DNA of 64,000 nucleotides, from assembly GCA_037200965.1 (NCBI GenBank), contig JBBCGK010000001.1, forward strand, positions 256,001 through 320,000, in the 5' to 3' direction. The notes under the pieces are model-generated. The model was not told where the DNA came from. It made no database searches and saw only the letters and a list, made by a program, of their open reading frames with translations. Both the position numbers and the translations under genes were made by a program. Of the stretch, positions 47,107 to 56,288 are shown piece by piece. The DNA comes from a bacterium. Its GTDB lineage: Bacteria > Patescibacteriota > Minisyncoccia > Phycocordibacterales > Phycocordibacteraceae. How positions within the stretch are numbered: position 1 is the stretch's first letter; every line of letters begins with the position of its first letter.

Positions 47107-47964
47107 TTGATGCCTAAGACTATCGTTCTCTATCACGCCAACTGCCCCGACGGTTTCGGTGCCGCCTATTCGGCCTGGAAGAAGTTCGGTAACGAAGCGA
47201 TATACATTCCCGTGCGGCACGGCAAGCCCGTGCCGGAGCACCTTGCAGGCTCGGAACTCTATCTGCTCGATTTCACGTACGAGCGGCAGGAGATGGACGC
47301 GCTCAAGGCACTCGCCTCGCGCATCGTCGTACTCGACCACCATGAAGGGGTGCGCGATGTCGTCGAGAGCATACCCGAACATATCTTCGACTCGAAACGT
47401 TCGGGTGCGACGATCGCCTGGAGCTATTTCCACCCTGCCGAGCCCGTACCGGAGTTCCTCGAAATCGTCGCGAAGGCCGATCTCTATCTCCCGCTTGCAG
47501 ACGACGAGCGCGCGATCATCTCGTACGCGTACGCGCAGCCGTTCACGTTTAAGAACTGGGATTCGTTCGTCTCCCTCGTCGGGAATCCCGAAGAACGGGC
47601 GAAGCTTGTCGCCCGTGGTCTCGCCTATACCGAGCATTTCCAGCTCTTAGCGGCACAGATCGCGGAGCGCGCGGAACTCGTCTCGTTTGAAGGACACGAA
47701 GTGTATTTCGTCTCCGCTCCCCGGCTCTTCGCGACCGAGGTCGGCCATTTGCTGAATACGACACAGCCGCCGTTCGCTCTCATAGCTCGCGCGGAGCCTG
47801 ATGGAAGCCTGCGCGTCTCGATGCGCGCGGATACGACCGTCGACGTTTCGGCCATAGCCCGAAAATACGGCGGCAACGGGCATCCGGGCGCGGCCTCATT
47901 TTCAATCGACCGAAACGCTCCCCTTCCCTGGACGCCGATCAAGCATGAAGATTCTCGCGATTGA
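47107..47964 (+). CDS. nrnA: DHH-family phosphoesterase (NrnA-like oligoribonuclease / pAp phosphatase)
   Basis: HANCPDGFGAAY, DHH (VLDHHEG) and GGNGHPGAASF (GGGH) motifs. The ATG is at 47110, 4 nt after tRNA-Val. Confidence 0.75.
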   Translation: MMPKTIVLYHANCPDGFGAAYSAWKKFGNEAIYIPVRHGKPVPEHLAGSELYLLDFTYERQEMDALKALASRIVVLDHHEGVRDVVESIPEHIFDSKRSGATIAWSYFHPAEPVPEFLEIVAKADLYLPLADDERAIISYAYAQPFTFKNWDSFVSLVGNPEERAKLVARGLAYTEHFQLLAAQIAERAELVSFEGHEVYFVSAPRLFATEVGHLLNTTQPPFALIARAEPDGSLRVSMRADTTVDVSAIARKYGGNGHPGAASFSIDRNAPLPWTPIKHEDSRD

Positions 47965-49120
47965 AACAAGCTGCGACGAGACGGCGGTCTCGATACTTGA
48001 GTGCGAAGGAGATGAGCGGAGCGCGCGCTTCACGATTCTCGGAAACGCGCTCCTGTCGCAGATAGACCTGCATCAACAGTATGGCGGCGTCTTCCCCGCC
48101 CTTGCCAAGCGCGAGCATGCGAAGAATCTGGTACCGCTTCTCGAAGCCGCGCTCGAGGAAGCGGAACTCCTGCGCGAAGACGCTCAGGCAATGCCGCAGG
48201 ACGTTCACGACCGTATCGCGAAACTTCTCGAACGCGAGCCCGGGCTCTCGGAACTCTTTTTCGAATTCATACGGGAAGCGGAAACGCCCGGTATCGATGC
48301 TATCGCGGTCACGGCCGGTCCCGGACTCGAGCCAGCGCTATGGGTGGGAGTGAATTTCGCATCCGCGCTCGCGCTCGCGTGGGGCAAGCCCCTGATACCG
48401 GCAAATCACATGGAGGGACACGTGCTCTCCGCCCTGGCGGAAAGTAAAGATGAAAGGCTTCTGATCGAAGACGTATCGCTTCCGCTCCTCGCGCTCCTTA
48501 TCTCCGGCGGACATACCGAGCTCGTACTCATGAAAAGCTGGCTCGAATACGAGCTCATAGGACAAACGCGCGACGACGCGGTCGGCGAGGCGTTTGATAA
48601 GGCGGCGCGTATGCTCGGCCTCCCCTATCCCGGCGGCCCCGAAATTTCAAAGCTCGCCGACATAGCGCGCCGCGACTCTTCTCCGAATCCGTTCTCGCTT
48701 CCCCGTCCCATGCTCAAGGATCCGCATTGCGACTTTTCCTTCTCGGGCCTTAAGACTTCCGTGCTGTATCTCCTCAAAGGAATGCAGGAAGTTTCGGAAG
48801 TCGAGAAGCAGCAGATCGCACGCGAGTTCGAGGACGCGGTAGGCGAGGTACTGTGGGCAAAGACCGCGCGGGCGCTTGAAGAGACGGGAGCCAAGGTCTT
48901 GGTACTTGGCGGCGGAGTCTCGAATAACAAGCACATACGGAAGCTCTTCGCGGAAAAGATAACGGATGAATATCCGAATGTCTCGCTCCACCTCCCTACC
49001 GCGAGTCTCACAACCGACAATGCCGTCATGATCGGACTCGCGGGCTTCTATCGCTTCCTTCGCGGCGAGCGGGCGCTCCCCGGCGAACTCCGGGCGAACG
49101 GCAACCTCTCGCTTGTATAA
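47945..49120 (+). CDS. tsaD: tRNA N6-adenosine threonylcarbamoyltransferase
   Basis: MKILAIETSCDETAVSIL, and metal-binding H..GH (HMEGHV). Confidence 0.9.
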   Translation: MKILAIETSCDETAVSILECEGDERSARFTILGNALLSQIDLHQQYGGVFPALAKREHAKNLVPLLEAALEEAELLREDAQAMPQDVHDRIAKLLEREPGLSELFFEFIREAETPGIDAIAVTAGPGLEPALWVGVNFASALALAWGKPLIPANHMEGHVLSALAESKDERLLIEDVSLPLLALLISGGHTELVLMKSWLEYELIGQTRDDAVGEAFDKAARMLGLPYPGGPEISKLADIARRDSSPNPFSLPRPMLKDPHCDFSFSGLKTSVLYLLKGMQEVSEVEKQQIAREFEDAVGEVLWAKTARALEETGAKVLVLGGGVSNNKHIRKLFAEKITDEYPNVSLHLPTASLTTDNAVMIGLAGFYRFLRGERALPGELRANGNLSLV

Positions 49121-49156
49121 AAACCGTACCGCCTGGGTCGAGGCGGTACGGGAATC

Positions 49157-49324
49157 ATCGATTGTTGCGCACGGCGAGGAACCGATTGTCCGAATTCCAG
49201 TCGCCATCCCAGTTGTTCAGGTCGAGCTTCCAGTTGCCGTTGTCGTCGTTCCAGAGGATCGGGACGTTGCGATCATCGCCAACCTGGGCCGATATCGTGC
49301 GAAATACCGTCAGTACCACCATCC
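49157..49324 (-). pseudogene. Duplicated fragment of the C-terminal module of the downstream lipoprotein (a 55-aa ORF or remnant)
   Basis: The minus-strand translation MVVLTVFRTISAQVGDDRNVPILWNDDNGNWKLDLNNWDGDWNSDNRFLAVRNNR parallels the lipoprotein C-terminus ...GQSAQVGGDRYVPILWRGVGGRWGLGLRYWDGVWGSGNLFLAVRN. Nucleotide similarity 49160-49300 against 49640-49770. Confidence 0.5.
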
Positions 49325-49638
49325 ATTGAAAGCCTTAGCTGGTCTCTGGATTGAATCTTGTTTGGGATCTAAAATCCGCCAGTATTTTGCACCAACAGTC
49401 CTTTGATTTTGGACAAGCCCCGAGACGCGCTCCGGAAAACCATGGCCGTCCGGATTCCGGCCTAGCGAGGGTTGCGGACAGGTAGCCCGAAGCCGTGGCC
49501 GCAGGAAACTGTTCACCCGTCTTCTGCAGTATACAAAACAAAACTCGCGGACGCTTTCCAGGAAAGCAGTCCGCGAGGGTCCAAGGGCACGAGGAGTCAA
49601 AGCGCAGGGAATGCGCAAAGGATTCCAGGGCCCAAGGG

Positions 49639-50172
49639 TTAGTTGCGCACGGCGAGGAACAGATTGCCCGAACCCCAGACGCCATCCCAGTAGCGCAGGC
49701 CGAGCCCCCAGCGGCCGCCGACGCCGCGCCAGAGGATCGGGACGTAGCGATCACCGCCAACCTGGGCCGACTGGCCAAGACACACGGTCCAGTACGTGGG
49801 CGGACCGAGGTCGAAGTCCCGGCGATTCTTCGCGAGCGCCGCGCCGTAGGCGAGGCACTCTTCGAGATTTGCGGGCCGCAGGCTGTGGGCGCGCATCTCG
49901 TCGACCGCAGTCTTCGAGGAGATCGAACGGTTGAACGAGACGATCACCATGGTCTCGACGCGCTTCGTCTTCCCTTGGACCGGGAAGGCCGTTGCGGTAA
50001 TGGCGTCGTTGACCCAGTCGTAGTGCCCGGCCGCGATCATCTTCTCGTGGCTCTGGGTACTGTCGACGGTGATCTGGCGGTTTTCCGTCTTCCCCGACCC
50101 GCCGCCACACGCGCCGAGCGTGAACGCAAGCAACAATGCGGCGATCGCGCCGCTTATCGACCTATTGCGCAT
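49639..50172 (-). CDS. Lipoprotein, hypothetical
   Basis: Start at MRNRSISGAIAALLLAFTLGACGGG (lipobox LGAC). The track ORF extends to 50214. Confidence 0.55.
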   Translation of the reverse strand: MRNRSISGAIAALLLAFTLGACGGGSGKTENRQITVDSTQSHEKMIAAGHYDWVNDAITATAFPVQGKTKRVETMVIVSFNRSISSKTAVDEMRAHSLRPANLEECLAYGAALAKNRRDFDLGPPTYWTVCLGQSAQVGGDRYVPILWRGVGGRWGLGLRYWDGVWGSGNLFLAVRN

Positions 50173-50316
50173 GAATATGGCCCTCCTTTCAGTTAGCCAT
50201 GGATGGTGCGGCACCGTGCCGCGACATCTGTGTAAAATATATACATATTTGGTTAGTTGTCAAGTCTACCGGCCCGGATTCCCAAAACAAGCTTATATTT
50301 GCTATAGTTTTCGGTA

Positions 50317-52497
50317 ATGGACGAGAAATTCAGGAAACCATACAGCCCGGCCGATACCGAAACCCGCATCTATAAAAGATGGGAGGAAAGCGGGTATTTC
50401 AATCCTGATAACCTGCCCGGCAACCGCACGGAAGACTTCACCATCGTGCTCCCTCCCCCGAATGTCACGGGCGTCCTCCATATCGGCCATGCGTACGAGG
50501 ATTCCCTTCAGGATGCCGCCATCAGGTATGAGCGGATGCGCGGAAAGAAAGCGCTCTGGCTCCCGGGCACGGACTCGGCCGCGATAGCGACGCAGGCGAG
50601 GGTCGAAAAGAACATCCAGAAGGACGAGGGCAAGAGCCGCCACGATATCGGGCGCGAAGAACTCGTACGAAGAGTGAAGGAGTTTGCCAAGGCGAGCGAG
50701 GGAACCATCCTCTCGCAGGTACGGCGCATGGGAGCCTCTCTGGACTGGTCGCGCTACGCATACACGCTCGACGATGCCCGCACGAATGCAGTCACGACCG
50801 CCTTCGTCCGCATGTACGAGGCGGGCCTCATCTATCGCGGCAACCGCATCGTCAACTGGGATCCGAAGGGCCAGACCACCATTTCCGACGATGAGATCGT
50901 CCACGAGGAGCGCAAAGCGAAACTCTATACCTTCCGCTACGGCAAGGACTTCCCTATCCCGGTCGCGACGACCCGACTCGAGACGAAAGTCGGCGATGTC
51001 GCGGTCGCCGTGCATCCGGACGACGCGAGATACAAGAAATTCGTCGGGAAGGAATACGATGCGGTCTTCTGCGACGTGCCGGTGCATATCAAGGTGGTTG
51101 CGGACACAGCGGTAGAGCCGGAATTCGGGACCGGGGCGCTCGGGGTCACCCCCGCGCACAGCATGATCGACTGGGAAATCGCCGAGCGGCACGGACTTCC
51201 GAAGGACAGAATTGTGATAAACGAATACGCAAAGATGGCGGTCGAAGGACGGCTGAAGGGACTCAAGGTTGCCGACGCGCGCGAGACGGTCGCCGAGTGG
51301 CTCCGAAACGAAGGGCTCATGGAAAAGGAGGAAGATATCGTGCAGAACGTCGCGACTGCCGAGCGCACCGGCGGCATCATCGAGCCCCTGCCGAAGCTGC
51401 AGTGGTTCATGGCGGTCGACAAAGAGTTCGCGATTCCCCATTCGGAAATCCCGGGCATCGCCTCAGGGAGCGCGACGACCCTCAAGAAACTCATGCGCGC
51501 GGCGGTCGAGAGCGGCGGGGTCTCCATGCCGCAGGAGAACTTCCGGAAGGTGTACTTCCACTGGATCGACAACCTCCATGACTGGTGCATCAGCCGGCAG
51601 ATTTGGTTCGGCCACCGCATCCCCATCTGGTACAAGGACGGCGGGACGTATTGCGGCATTTCGGCCCCGGAAGGCGCGGGCTGGGAACAGGACCCGGACG
51701 TACTCGATACGTGGTTCTCGTCCGCCCTGTGGACCTTCTCGACGCTTGGCTGGCCGCAAGAAACGAGCGACTTGCGCACGTTCCATCCGACCGCCTTCAT
51801 GTCGCCGGCCTATGAAATACTCTCGCTCTGGGTTTCGAGAATGATACTCATGAGCGCCTTCCATTTGGGACAGGTACCGTTTCGTACCGTCCTTATACAT
51901 GGCCTCGTGCGCGACAAGCAGGGCCGCAAGTTCAGCAAGTCGCTTGCGAACGGCATAGACCCCCTCGACCTTATCGAGAAATACGGCGCGGACGCGCTTC
52001 GCATGGGACTTCTGGTCGGCACCGCGATTGGGGGCGACATCCGCTTCGACGAAGACAAGGTGAAGGGATACAAGCATTTCGCGAACAAGCTCTGGAACAT
52101 CGCGCGGTTCATTCTCGAAAACACCGGGAAGCTCGGGGATGTCTCGGCTGCAACTTTCTCGAAGGAAGACGAGGCGCTCCTCGCCGAATGCGGCGAGCTT
52201 GCGAAGGACGTGACGAAAGACCTCGACGAATACCGCTTCTATCTCGCCGCCGAGAAGCTCTACCACTACGCCTGGCACCGCCTCGCCGACGAAATACTCG
52301 AGCAGTCGAAACCGCTCCTGAATGGAGATGACGAAGCCGCCCGCAAGAGCCGCGCCCGGCTTCTTCTTGCGCTCCTTGACCGGATACTCCGGCTTCTCCA
52401 TCCGTTCATGCCGTTCGTCACCGAAGAAATCTGGTTCTCGCTCCCGAAAAGCCCGGATAGGGAGGAAATGCTGATGATCGCATCGTGGCCCTCCTGA
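50317..52497 (+). CDS. valS: Valyl-tRNA synthetase, compact form lacking the C-terminal coiled-coil
   Basis: HIGH motif PNVTGVLHIGHA, the editing domain, and KMSKS as KFSKSL. Confidence 0.9.
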   Translation: MDEKFRKPYSPADTETRIYKRWEESGYFNPDNLPGNRTEDFTIVLPPPNVTGVLHIGHAYEDSLQDAAIRYERMRGKKALWLPGTDSAAIATQARVEKNIQKDEGKSRHDIGREELVRRVKEFAKASEGTILSQVRRMGASLDWSRYAYTLDDARTNAVTTAFVRMYEAGLIYRGNRIVNWDPKGQTTISDDEIVHEERKAKLYTFRYGKDFPIPVATTRLETKVGDVAVAVHPDDARYKKFVGKEYDAVFCDVPVHIKVVADTAVEPEFGTGALGVTPAHSMIDWEIAERHGLPKDRIVINEYAKMAVEGRLKGLKVADARETVAEWLRNEGLMEKEEDIVQNVATAERTGGIIEPLPKLQWFMAVDKEFAIPHSEIPGIASGSATTLKKLMRAAVESGGVSMPQENFRKVYFHWIDNLHDWCISRQIWFGHRIPIWYKDGGTYCGISAPEGAGWEQDPDVLDTWFSSALWTFSTLGWPQETSDLRTFHPTAFMSPAYEILSLWVSRMILMSAFHLGQVPFRTVLIHGLVRDKQGRKFSKSLANGIDPLDLIEKYGADALRMGLLVGTAIGGDIRFDEDKVKGYKHFANKLWNIARFILENTGKLGDVSAATFSKEDEALLAECGELAKDVTKDLDEYRFYLAAEKLYHYAWHRLADEILEQSKPLLNGDDEAARKSRARLLLALLDRILRLLHPFMPFVTEEIWFSLPKSPDREEMLMIASWPS

Positions 52498-52516
52498 CAT
52501 GCGTTAGAATGGGTAC

Positions 52517-53224
52517 ATGACGGCTGAAGCCTTCGGCTATGCGTTCCTTGGAGGCGTCCTCCCCGCCCTCCTCTGGCTTTATTTCCTCCTCCGGGAAGAT
52601 TCCCGCTGCCCGGAGCCCAAGCTCATGATTCTGGTCGCTTTCTTCGCGGGCATGATCGCCGTGCCGCTCGTGCTTCCCCTGGAGCGCTTCGCATCCCTTC
52701 ATCTTGATCCGGGGCTTCCCGTGGTCGTGGCATGGGCTGCGATCGAGGAGGTCATAAAATACCTTGCCGCGGCCGTGGCGGTTTTATGGCGGTGGCGGAC
52801 CGTGAACGAATCCCCCGATCTCGTGATCTACATGCTGACCGCCGCACTCGGCTTCGCGGCGCTTGAAAACGCGCTCTTCCTCGTCGCCCCGATAGCGTCC
52901 GGACACTTCGTCGACAGCCTCATCACCGGGAACTTGCGTTTCGTGGGATCGACGATACTTCACGTCATCGCCTCGTCCTCGATCGGTTTCGCGCTCGCCT
53001 TCTCGTACAAGTCGAGCCGGGCGGTGCGCATGCTCGCCTCGACCGCCGGACTTATCCTCGCGATCACGTTGCACACCCTCTTCAATGTACTTATAATCGC
53101 CAAAGAGGTTTCCCACGTCCTCGCCGCGTTCTTCACCGTGTGGAGCGCCGCGGTCGTCTTTTTCGCCCTCTTCGAGATACTGAAATACCTGCGGTATCGC
53201 AATTTACCAAGAAACTCCTGCTAA
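52517..53224 (+). CDS. PrsW-family intramembrane metalloprotease
   Basis: IEEVIKY (EExxK), FAALENALF (FxxxE) and HVIASSSIGFA (Hxxx..G) motifs in a multi-TM protein. Confidence 0.6.
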   Translation: MTAEAFGYAFLGGVLPALLWLYFLLREDSRCPEPKLMILVAFFAGMIAVPLVLPLERFASLHLDPGLPVVVAWAAIEEVIKYLAAAVAVLWRWRTVNESPDLVIYMLTAALGFAALENALFLVAPIASGHFVDSLITGNLRFVGSTILHVIASSSIGFALAFSYKSSRAVRMLASTAGLILAITLHTLFNVLIIAKEVSHVLAAFFTVWSAAVVFFALFEILKYLRYRNLPRNSC

Positions 53225-53230
53225 CCACCT

Positions 53231-53731
53231 ATGATCACCAAGAAACGCTCCTTCTTCGAACGCCTTTCCGGTTCCGTCTCGGCCGGAAGCGACTTCGACT
53301 CTTTCGACGATGAGCTCCCGCAGGGAGAAACGGCGCGACCCGCGACCCGCGAGATCGGTGCCGCGCGCGGCGCGATCTATCAGACCGAAGAAGAGCCGGC
53401 GGAAGGCCAGCTTCCCGTCGACGTATACCAGACGCCGAGCGAAATCATGCTCCGGGCGTTCGTCGCCGGGGTCCGCGCCGAGGACCTCAACGTTTCCATA
53501 AGCCGCGACATGGTCGTGATCGAGGGCGCGCGCTCCGCGCGCGAGCAGATTTCTGACTCGGACTATTTCAATCAGGAGCTCTTCTGGGGATCGTTCGCAC
53601 GCAAGGTCCTGCTCCCGCAGGAAGTCGACGTGGACGGCTCTTCGGCAAGCGCGAAGGATGGACTTTTGACTATCACCCTTCCCAAGCTCGACAAGGCCCG
53701 CCAGACGAAACTCAAGGTTAAGTCTTCCTAG
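53231..53731 (+). CDS. Hsp20/alpha-crystallin-family small heat-shock protein
   Basis: The alpha-crystallin domain ends in GLLTITLPK. Confidence 0.75.
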   Translation: MITKKRSFFERLSGSVSAGSDFDSFDDELPQGETARPATREIGAARGAIYQTEEEPAEGQLPVDVYQTPSEIMLRAFVAGVRAEDLNVSISRDMVVIEGARSAREQISDSDYFNQELFWGSFARKVLLPQEVDVDGSSASAKDGLLTITLPKLDKARQTKLKVKSS

Positions 53732-53746
53732 AAAAGCAGCCCGGTA

Positions 53747-54826
53747 TCAAAGCGCCTCCGCCCGAAGCGGAGGCGCTTTGCTTACCGTTTCGACCTTGAA
53801 GCGTATCCGCCCGATCACCCGCCCGTCAGCCGTCTCGACTCCCACCCGCCAGCTTCCCGGAGCGAGATCGCTCTTGGCCGAATACCCGCGGTATCCGCCG
53901 TCGCGCCCGCCAAGGATCGGAAAGGAAATGCGGCTTTCCGTGATCCACTTCTCTTCCCGCTCATCGTAATGCTCCCAGCGGTGGACGATCGTAGTCGAGA
54001 GCTTCACGGGAGCGAAGACGGCGCTAAAGGCATACAGCGTTTCACCGGGAAGCATGTGCTCGACCGGAGCGAAGCCAAGCGATTCCCGCCAGGTCCGCGG
54101 CTCCGCTTCGCCCGCGTATCCTGCGGGGCCGCGGGAGACGGAGTGATAGGTTCCCGCGCTCTGGAGCGCGAGCGGGAGCGGCGGCAGGATATTCGTGAAA
54201 TAAAAGAGGTTGACGACCGCGAGTATCGCGAGCGCGCCTCCCCGGATTCGCCAGCGTTCGGCTAGGAAGCGCGTGCGGCCGATAAGGCGGAGGAGGATAA
54301 GAAATAGCGCGAAGAGCACGGCCGCGATGAGCCCCGAAAGCAGGAATGTCGAAGTTCCCATCAAGCCCGTGAATACCGGAACGGCGAGGATGGCGTAGGA
54401 ATAGAGGCCGAAGAACAGGAGGAGCGTCGTAAAGACGAGACGGTCGTGGTATTTGCCGAACACTTCGTTCCCGAGGAAAATCAACGCCAACAGAAAAAGG
54501 AATGGCCAAGATGCGGAAAGATCCGCGCTTCTCGCATAAAAGATAAGGAACCCGCTCCACATGCCGCCGAGCGCGAACTGGGTCAGAAGCGGCAGGACGA
54601 AACGGAAGCGCGGGAGCGGCCTTCCACCCCCGGCCCTCGTCTCGAAGAAATGCAGAAGCGCGATCGAGGCGGCGGCGAGCGCGATATAGCCTACGAACAG
54701 AGCCTGCGTCTGCGGCAGGTCGATGCGGCTGAAGAACACGTTGTCGGCGACGAAGCCCGCGACCATCGCCGCGGCGGACAGATGCCGCTCGTACTTCTGT
54801 ATCCAAGCGAAGAGCGGACGGAACAT
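53747..54826 (-). CDS. Multi-pass membrane protein, hypothetical, with a soluble C-terminal domain
   Basis: About eight TM helices. The start at 54826 lies 1-2 nt from the tRNA-Phe 3' end, so an internal start is possible. A bidirectional terminator hairpin lies at 53741-53778. Confidence 0.5.
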   Translation of the reverse strand: MFRPLFAWIQKYERHLSAAAMVAGFVADNVFFSRIDLPQTQALFVGYIALAAASIALLHFFETRAGGGRPLPRFRFVLPLLTQFALGGMWSGFLIFYARSADLSASWPFLFLLALIFLGNEVFGKYHDRLVFTTLLLFFGLYSYAILAVPVFTGLMGTSTFLLSGLIAAVLFALFLILLRLIGRTRFLAERWRIRGGALAILAVVNLFYFTNILPPLPLALQSAGTYHSVSRGPAGYAGEAEPRTWRESLGFAPVEHMLPGETLYAFSAVFAPVKLSTTIVHRWEHYDEREEKWITESRISFPILGGRDGGYRGYSAKSDLAPGSWRVGVETADGRVIGRIRFKVETVSKAPPLRAEAL

Positions 54827-54827
54827 G

Positions 54828-54899
54828 TGCCTGGGACAGGACTTGAACCTGCAACCCCTTCCGCTTCAAGGAAATGCTCTACCATTGAGCTACCCAGGC
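54828..54899 (-). tRNA. tRNA-Phe (anticodon GAA)
   Basis: The reverse complement gives gcctggg..tagctcaatggtagagc..stem ttcc/ggaa with loop tTGAAGc..T-arm caggttcaagtcctg..cccaggc+a. Confidence 0.75.
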
Positions 54900-54920
54900 A
54901 ATACGGGGCATAATACCAGA

Positions 54921-55616
54921 TTAATATCCTTCTTTCACGCCCTCAATCATACCCATCAAATAGTGGAACTTTGGAGTATCATTGACCTGAATCTGAAGGG
55001 TCCCCCACGGCAAACGGTTGTATGGGCGGATTCCCTTGCTGGCACCGGTAATTAGGTAGCTGCTTTTGAAAAAACGTTCCTTGGGAAGTCTTGTAATGCT
55101 GGCCCAATAACGGAGCGCTTCGGCCTCATTGATGTGCGGGTAGAGACGCATAACGAGACGTATCTTCTCAACAGGAATTTCCATAACTTCCCGTAAAAAA
55201 CGCAGGAATACCCGTATCATCTCCGGATCTGAATTAACGAAACTGATAGTGTGGCACATGCGCGCCTTGCCATCCACCACCTTAAGTCTTTTGTACCCTT
55301 CCGCCCAATAAAGAAGAGCGCCAGCAAATAGCAGGTTTGCCTTGGAAAACTTCGGGACAACCGTTCTTCCTTCCCGCGCGGCATTGCGCGCTCGACGTTC
55401 CGCGTGAACGGTTTGCATCTTGTTTCTTTTTAAGAACGCGTCCGTCACTCCAAGACGGACTCGGGCCTTAAGGCGTGCGTTCGCTTTGTCTGAAAGTACT
55501 AAGTCGCGAAGCCATAGTGACAGCGTCGATTTCGCTACCGGAACTTCCTTCCGAATTTCGTTGTAACTCTTGCCCGCTATCCGCAGTCTGACCGCCCGGT
55601 CTCGAAACGGGTTCAT
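54921..55616 (-). CDS. HTH plus LAGLIDADG homing-endonuclease-like protein, paralog 2
   Basis: HTH LRIAGKSYNEIRKEVPVAKSTLSLWL, LLFAGALLYWAEGYK, then FVNSDPEMIRVFLRFLREV. The stop lies 21 nt upstream of the tRNA-Phe 5' end on the same strand. Confidence 0.65.
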   Translation of the reverse strand: MNPFRDRAVRLRIAGKSYNEIRKEVPVAKSTLSLWLRDLVLSDKANARLKARVRLGVTDAFLKRNKMQTVHAERRARNAAREGRTVVPKFSKANLLFAGALLYWAEGYKRLKVVDGKARMCHTISFVNSDPEMIRVFLRFLREVMEIPVEKIRLVMRLYPHINEAEALRYWASITRLPKERFFKSSYLITGASKGIRPYNRLPWGTLQIQVNDTPKFHYLMGMIEGVKEGY

Positions 55617-55697
55617 CGATCCTATTTTACTCTAGCCGGTTCGATTATCGCACACTATCTTTGTGGATAGAAAACTGATCTTCTATCCACTTAAACC

Positions 55698-56159
55698 CTA
55701 CGGCACCGCGACGCAGACGCCCGTTTCGGCGTTGCAGAATACCCCGCCGCAGTTCTGGCACTCCATCTTATACACCGAATATTTCCCGGAACCGATGAGC
55801 GCGAGACCGAAGGATGCGGCCGCAAGAAGAAGCTCGAACTCGATGCCCGAGAATCCGTGCGCCGCGCCGACGAGCGCGGCCGCGACTATCATTTCAATCC
55901 CGAAGAGGACGCCGAAGGCGCGCGTCGCGATACCGAGAATAAGCGCGAGACCGCCGATCACCTCAAGCCAGCCGATGAAGTACGCGACCCAGGGCCAGAA
56001 CCCGAGCGTGCCGAAGAAAACGGCAACCTGCGAGATGTTCTCCACTTTGTCCCAGCCATGGACGAGGAAGATGAGGCCGACCACGAGCCGTATGAGGAGA
56101 AGGCCGAAAGACCGCTTATAAAAGAACCTGCCCGCGCCATTGAGGGTGTCGATAAGCAT
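55698..56159 (-). CDS. DoxX-family membrane protein
   Basis: LLIRLVVGLIFLVHGWDKV... four-TM DoxX pattern. Confidence 0.65.
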   Translation of the reverse strand: MLIDTLNGAGRFFYKRSFGLLLIRLVVGLIFLVHGWDKVENISQVAVFFGTLGFWPWVAYFIGWLEVIGGLALILGIATRAFGVLFGIEMIVAAALVGAAHGFSGIEFELLLAAASFGLALIGSGKYSVYKMECQNCGGVFCNAETGVCVAVP

Positions 56160-56209
56160 GCCGTGAAGCTATGAGGATAATGCCGGAAATTATAGCACTG
56201 GTTTTTGAG

Positions 56210-56282
56210 TGTCCCCACCCGGAATCGAACCAGGATCGGAGGCTTAGGAAGCCCCTGTTCTATCCAATTGAACTATGGGGAC
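56210..56282 (-). tRNA. tRNA-Arg (anticodon CCT)
   Basis: The reverse complement gives gtcccca..tagttcaattggatagaac..stem ggggc/gcctc with loop ttCCTaa..T-arm cctggttcgattccggg..tggggac+a. Confidence 0.75.
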
Positions 56283-56288
56283 GCAAGA

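Noticed and set aside
50302-52500. Minus-strand ORFs 50302..51441 and 51463..52500
   Set aside because: Antisense to valS.
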